The notes beneath the pieces are model-generated. The model did not search any database. It saw nothing but the letters and a program-made list of their open reading frames with translations, and was not told the DNA's origin. From NCBI GenBank assembly GCA_963827275.1, contig CAWHAA010000010.1, forward strand, positions 384,001 to 448,000: a stretch of DNA of 64,000 nucleotides, in the 5' to 3' direction. The translations under genes and the position numbers were made by a program. Within the stretch, counting starts at the first letter, position 1. Every line of letters starts with the position of its first letter. This DNA is from an uncultured Spirochaetota bacterium (GTDB taxonomy: Bacteria; Spirochaetota; UBA4802; UBA5550). Shown here piece after piece: positions 60,144 to 64,000 of this stretch.

Positions 60144-60902
60144 ATGAGCCTTCGTAGAAAAATCATACTGGCGATCACATTCAGCCTGTTCTCCTGCCTG
60201 GGATCTTACCTGATCATCACCAAGATCTTCAGCAATCTCGAAAACCAGCTCTATGAAAAGTGCCGTATCGAGGCGATGACGGGCGCCAGGGCCATGAGCG
60301 AGATGATGTATCTCATGATAAACCGGAACATGCTCACCAGAGGGGAAGTTTTTGACACGAACTATATAGAGATCCCCGGCACAAACCCGAAGAAATACCG
60401 CACCCGATACAACGCGGTCTTTGACAAATGGATACAGGATGTCCAGGACCAGTTCCTTTACGATACCGAAGTTGAATTCGCGATCCTGATGGACAAAAAC
60501 GGGTATGTGCCGATCCACAACAGGAAATACTCGCAGCCCCAGACCGGCAACTACGCGCGGGACGTCATCTACAGCAGGTCAAAGCGTAATTTCTATTCCT
60601 ACGAGGGCATTAAAAAGATCCTTGAATATAACGGCGACAGCGCCCACCGGGAACGCTACAACAGGGACACGGGCGAGGTGCTCTGGAATATCGGCGCGCC
60701 GGTACGGCTCTTCGGGGAACAGTGGGGATCGTTTATCATCGGGGTCAACCTGGTCAAGATAGACATGATCAAGAACCAGATGCTGCTGCTCATTATCATC
60801 ACCATGTCCATCATCCTGGTGCTCACCAATCTCGTTATCCTGATGATGATACCGAAGAAATACACCGCGGACACGGATGACGAAGAAAAACTTATTCAAT
60901 AG
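60144..60902 (+). CDS. Paralogue of 56272..57060 (two-TM sensor domain only)
   Basis: DTNYIEIPGTNPKKY, DKNGYVPIHN, YSRSKRN, RDTGE..WNIGAPVRL. Confidence 0.75.
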   Translation: MSLRRKIILAITFSLFSCLGSYLIITKIFSNLENQLYEKCRIEAMTGARAMSEMMYLMINRNMLTRGEVFDTNYIEIPGTNPKKYRTRYNAVFDKWIQDVQDQFLYDTEVEFAILMDKNGYVPIHNRKYSQPQTGNYARDVIYSRSKRNFYSYEGIKKILEYNGDSAHRERYNRDTGEVLWNIGAPVRLFGEQWGSFIIGVNLVKIDMIKNQMLLLIIITMSIILVLTNLVILMMIPKKYTADTDDEEKLIQ

Positions 60903-60948
60903 GCAGGATAACGGGAAAATCACTCTCCGCCGCGCACGCTGAAAACAC

Positions 60949-60977
60949 CAGAACACCCGCTCGTCGCGGGTGTTCTG
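60949..60977. terminator. 12-bp stem-loop between convergent genes
   Basis: CAGAACACCCGC-tcgtc-GCGGGTGTTCTG; no clear U tract. Confidence 0.5.
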
Positions 60978-61018
60978 ATATACTGCTGCAGTACAATTAA
61001 CGCGTTACAGTACGGTTT

Positions 61019-61294
61019 TCATTTCGTCCGGTTGGGGTTCATCTCATTCTGCATAAAATAATCGACCGGCCGCATACCGTACACCTTCTGGAAATCATCC
61101 TTGTAGGGGCAGAGATTGCAACCGATTTTTTCAATAACGTTGGTGAGCTTCAGCAGCTGCATTGACGTATCCTTGTCAAGAGCGCTCCTCCCTCCTCCGC
61201 CAAGACCGGTCTCCAGGTACTTCCTCAGCTTCTGAAGCACGCATGCCTTGCATTTTTCGGCATGTTCCCTTACATTTTTAGTGATTAACGCCAT
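61019..61294 (-). CDS. Small protein with two CxxC pairs (putative metal-binding)
   Basis: CKAC and CNLC; GGAGG RBS. Confidence 0.65.
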   Translation of the reverse strand: MALITKNVREHAEKCKACVLQKLRKYLETGLGGGGRSALDKDTSMQLLKLTNVIEKIGCNLCPYKDDFQKVYGMRPVDYFMQNEMNPNRTK

Positions 61295-61461
61295 TGTAGC
61301 TTCCTCCCCTTCAATTTACTTAGCGTATATTAATTCGGTTACCATGATAACCGTTTGATACATAATAAAATGAATCTGCATAATTTTCCACTAATATTTT
61401 TTCATTAAAATCATGCCACTATTGATCGGCGATCAATAGTGAACAATTCAGGACAATATGT

Positions 61462-61908
61462 TTAAAGAAAAAAGCGTATTAATTTCGCGATAAAATACGC
61501 GCCGGTAAACAGGAACAACGGTATTGAGGCAAAAAATACCGCCACCTCGCTCGATTTTACCACGCCGGGGTTGAGGACTTTTTTACCGAAAAAATTATAA
61601 TGATAATACTCCGGCATTTTTGACCGCTGGTATATCCTCAGCGCGATCATCATCTGGCTTATGAACATGAGCACCATGATGAAGCCGTTCAGCAGCCACA
61701 TCATAATCGGGAACTTGATTCTCTGGATCTGGTCCGGCTTGTACAACGCCACGAAGATCAGCGCGCCTGACAGGATGACGTTCGTTATCGTCGTGAGAAT
61801 ATATTTCTGCAGCAGTTCCTGATTTCTGGTTTGAATGTACCTGGTCAGGTATAACAGATGGACCGCAAGAGAAAGAAACAGGACCAGAAATAAAATGATA
61901 ATAATCAC
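61462..61908 (-). CDS. Hypothetical membrane protein (about 4 TM)
   Basis: Hydrophobic helices; GTG start. Confidence 0.6.
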   Translation of the reverse strand: MIIIILFLVLFLSLAVHLLYLTRYIQTRNQELLQKYILTTITNVILSGALIFVALYKPDQIQRIKFPIMMWLLNGFIMVLMFISQMMIALRIYQRSKMPEYYHYNFFGKKVLNPGVVKSSEVAVFFASIPLFLFTGAYFIAKLIRFFL

Positions 61909-62215
61909 TCACACGACTCCCGGTAAAGGTGATGCTCTGTAATTTTTGATATATAGATACAGGTCTTCCCTTTGCAAAATTCAAGACACTACCGCTGGTT
62001 TTGGAAAAAAGACTACGAACGACAGAAATTTCATGCCATGAACGACATTTAAAGAAGATAGCCGCATTACACGTGTTTCAAACTCATGATCGCTTATAGC
62101 CGGGAAAGTAATGAAAAAAAGACCCCCTGCGAACGCGTACAATTATAAAACACTACTCGTAAAAAAAGTCAAGTGCAAAGATGAATTTTTTTTATTATTT
62201 GGGCCGGTCGGGTGT

Positions 62216-62261
62216 TAAAAAGAGTTCCTCCCTGGAGGAATTATTCACTCCTCCAGGGAGG
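62216..62261 (-). terminator. Intrinsic terminator for a minus-strand transcript
   Basis: 13-bp stem CCTCCCTGGAGGA / TCCTCCAGGGAGG (62227-62261), then AACTCTTTTT on the minus strand. Confidence 0.7.
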
Positions 62262-62689
62262 GGAAAAGGATATGGAGGGTTTAAATCGGTTATCAACCGT
62301 TAAACTGCAACATTAGTTTTGGACCCGCTCCCGTGAGACCGCGGTCTGTTCATGCAATCGCCGCTTTCTCAGGAAGGTCATACTCATGGCGCCGAGAAGC
62401 ATGACGCCAATGGTCCCAATCGTTATACCGCTTCGCCCCTTTCGGAGGTCACCGCACTGGTAACATCTTCCTGGTCGGTAGTGACCCGTATGAGCGCATG
62501 ATTGAGCGGATTGTTCAACTCATCATATACCCGGTTATAGAACCCCGCATTATGGAGCGTCGTGTACCTGAATTCTCCCGCTGCAAAAGCTCCATGTGTG
62601 CCGGCTGCGATGACAAGGGCGAACAGTAATGAGAAACTCTTACTATCTTTCCTGTATAAGACTAAATTTTAAGAACGTATACAATCATT

Positions 62690-62718
62690 ATAATACAAAT
62701 GGAAGCATAAAAAGTCAA
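62690..62718 (-). promoter_or_regulatory. Candidate sigma70 promoter
   Basis: TTGACT-N17-TATTAT on the minus strand. Confidence 0.5.
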
Positions 62719-62950
62719 TTAAAAATCCCATCCAGATGGGCTCAAATTTGATTTTTTTTAATTTTTTGATTCTATCCCTTTTCATAAAACCAGGCATATT
62801 TTAAGCCTCTATTTCGATAAAAAACTGCATACATGCCAATGAAAGGATGGACTATTTAAAATTATATTGACTCCATGAAAAATCTATACGAGTGGTGATT
62901 CTGTTCTTTAATGAAATAAATGACGATCTTTTCCGGTGTGTTATTGTCTA

Positions 62951-63553
62951 ATGACCGATGATACCAAAACAACAGCCAGATCGAATCAGGAAGATGAGAT
63001 CTTGATACGGGACTTTCTGTCGGATAACGTCAGGGCCTTCGACCGGCTCGTCGTTAAATACCAGGGCCTTGTTTTCAACCTCTGCTTCAGGATTGTCGGG
63101 GATTACGATGACGCAAGCGACTGCGCCCAGGAGACCTTCATAAAAGTGCATAACAACCTGAAAAACTTCGGGTTCCGGTCCAGCTTCACCACCTGGCTCT
63201 ACCGGATCGCCATCAATACGTGCCGCAACACGCTCTCTTCCTCCGGCAGCCGCGCCAGGAAAGCCATGGTGCGCATAGACAGGCCCGGGGAGGCCGGCGC
63301 AGACCCCATCGAGATACACGACTGCTCGTTCGACCCCGGCGCGCTGTTTGAAAAGAACGAAAAGGCGCGGTTGATACACCGGGCCATCGACGCGCTCCCT
63401 GACGATCTGAAAATCCTCGTTGTCCTGAGGGACCTTGAAGGAAACTCCTACGAGGAGATATCGGGCATAACCGGCGTGAACCTGGGAACGGTGAAATCAC
63501 GCCTCGCGCGGGCGCGGCACCTCCTGAGAGAATCATTGCGGGAGGCCCTGTAG
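62951..63553 (+). CDS. ECF sigma factor
   Basis: DCAQETFIK, SFTTWLYRIAIN, SYEEI...GTVKSRLARAR. Confidence 0.93.
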   Translation: MTDDTKTTARSNQEDEILIRDFLSDNVRAFDRLVVKYQGLVFNLCFRIVGDYDDASDCAQETFIKVHNNLKNFGFRSSFTTWLYRIAINTCRNTLSSSGSRARKAMVRIDRPGEAGADPIEIHDCSFDPGALFEKNEKARLIHRAIDALPDDLKILVVLRDLEGNSYEEISGITGVNLGTVKSRLARARHLLRESLREAL

Positions 63554-64000
63554 ATGAACTGCGAACAGGTCAAAATGATCCTGGCCGACTACCGCGACGG
63601 CACAATCACCGAAAGCGAGCGGGCGATGGTGGACGCCCACCTGAAGGTCTGCGATGACTGCAGGGAAGAGCTCCGGTTCCTGAAAAAATACAAAACCGCG
63701 ATCAGACGGTACCCTGCCCTCCAGGCGCCTGACGGCCTTCTTGAGGAAGTACACCGAGGGATTGAGAGTCAAAAACGGGGCGGGATCGTGCGGGCACTGT
63801 TTTTCCCGCTCCGCGTCAAGGTCCCCCTTGAAGCGGCCGCGCTGCTGGCGCTGGCCCTGACAGGGGTGCTCGTATTCAAGCCGTACAAGACATCGATGCT
63901 CGATTATAGCGCCGAGCATCAGACCGCCGTTACCCGACAGAGCGCGCCTTCCGGTGCGGACGCAGCGCGCGCCGCCGCGACGAACCAACGCCGGACCGCG
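63554..64000 (+). CDS. Zinc-binding (ZAS/zf-HC2) anti-sigma factor, 3' end outside window
   Basis: MNCEQV...HLKVCDDC (HxxxCxxC) then a TM helix; ATG directly follows the sigma stop; absent from the ORF track. Confidence 0.9.
   Translation, partial: MNCEQVKMILADYRDGTITESERAMVDAHLKVCDDCREELRFLKKYKTAIRRYPALQAPDGLLEEVHRGIESQKRGGIVRALFFPLRVKVPLEAAALLALALTGVLVFKPYKTSMLDYSAEHQTAVTRQSAPSGADAARAAATNQRRTA

Noticed and set aside
62280..62690. tmRNA, RNase P RNA, SRP RNA or 6S RNA
   Set aside because: Hallmark termini and conserved motifs are not evident on either strand
59650..62950. Genomic island suggested by lower GC
   Set aside because: No integrase, transposase, tRNA or flanking direct repeats; long intergenic regions and membrane genes explain the AT richness

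Overview
A gene-dense, mostly GC-rich bacterial chromosomal window with AT-rich intergenic stretches near 12.6-12.9 kb, 40.7-41.0 kb and 59.7-62.9 kb. The gene content suggests a free-living diderm, possibly Spirochaetota; this is inference only. I found no rRNA, tRNA, transposase, integrase, prophage or CRISPR array. Housekeeping genes include hisS (partial), an rsmG-TrmH fusion, apt, htrA, rel, maf, ssb and an ECF sigma/anti-sigma pair. The most notable items are: (1) an AmmeMemoRadiSam operon whose AmrB-AmrA fusion and radical SAM enzyme both carry export/lipoprotein signals and are translationally coupled to a membrane protein with a degenerate spermidine-synthase fold; (2) a cyclic-nucleotide operon pairing an intact cNMP-GGDEF-DHH/DHHA1 protein with a catalytically degenerate cNMP-GGDEF paralogue; (3) a selenium operon with a UGA-recoded SelD the ORF track missed, a SECIS-like hairpin, DUF3343, DedA and a frameshifted cysteine desulfurase; (4) two paralogous stand-alone sensor proteins with no output domain; (5) a triple palindromic tandem repeat upstream of an SSB lacking its acidic tail. 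All family calls rest on motifs recognised by eye; no database searches were run.
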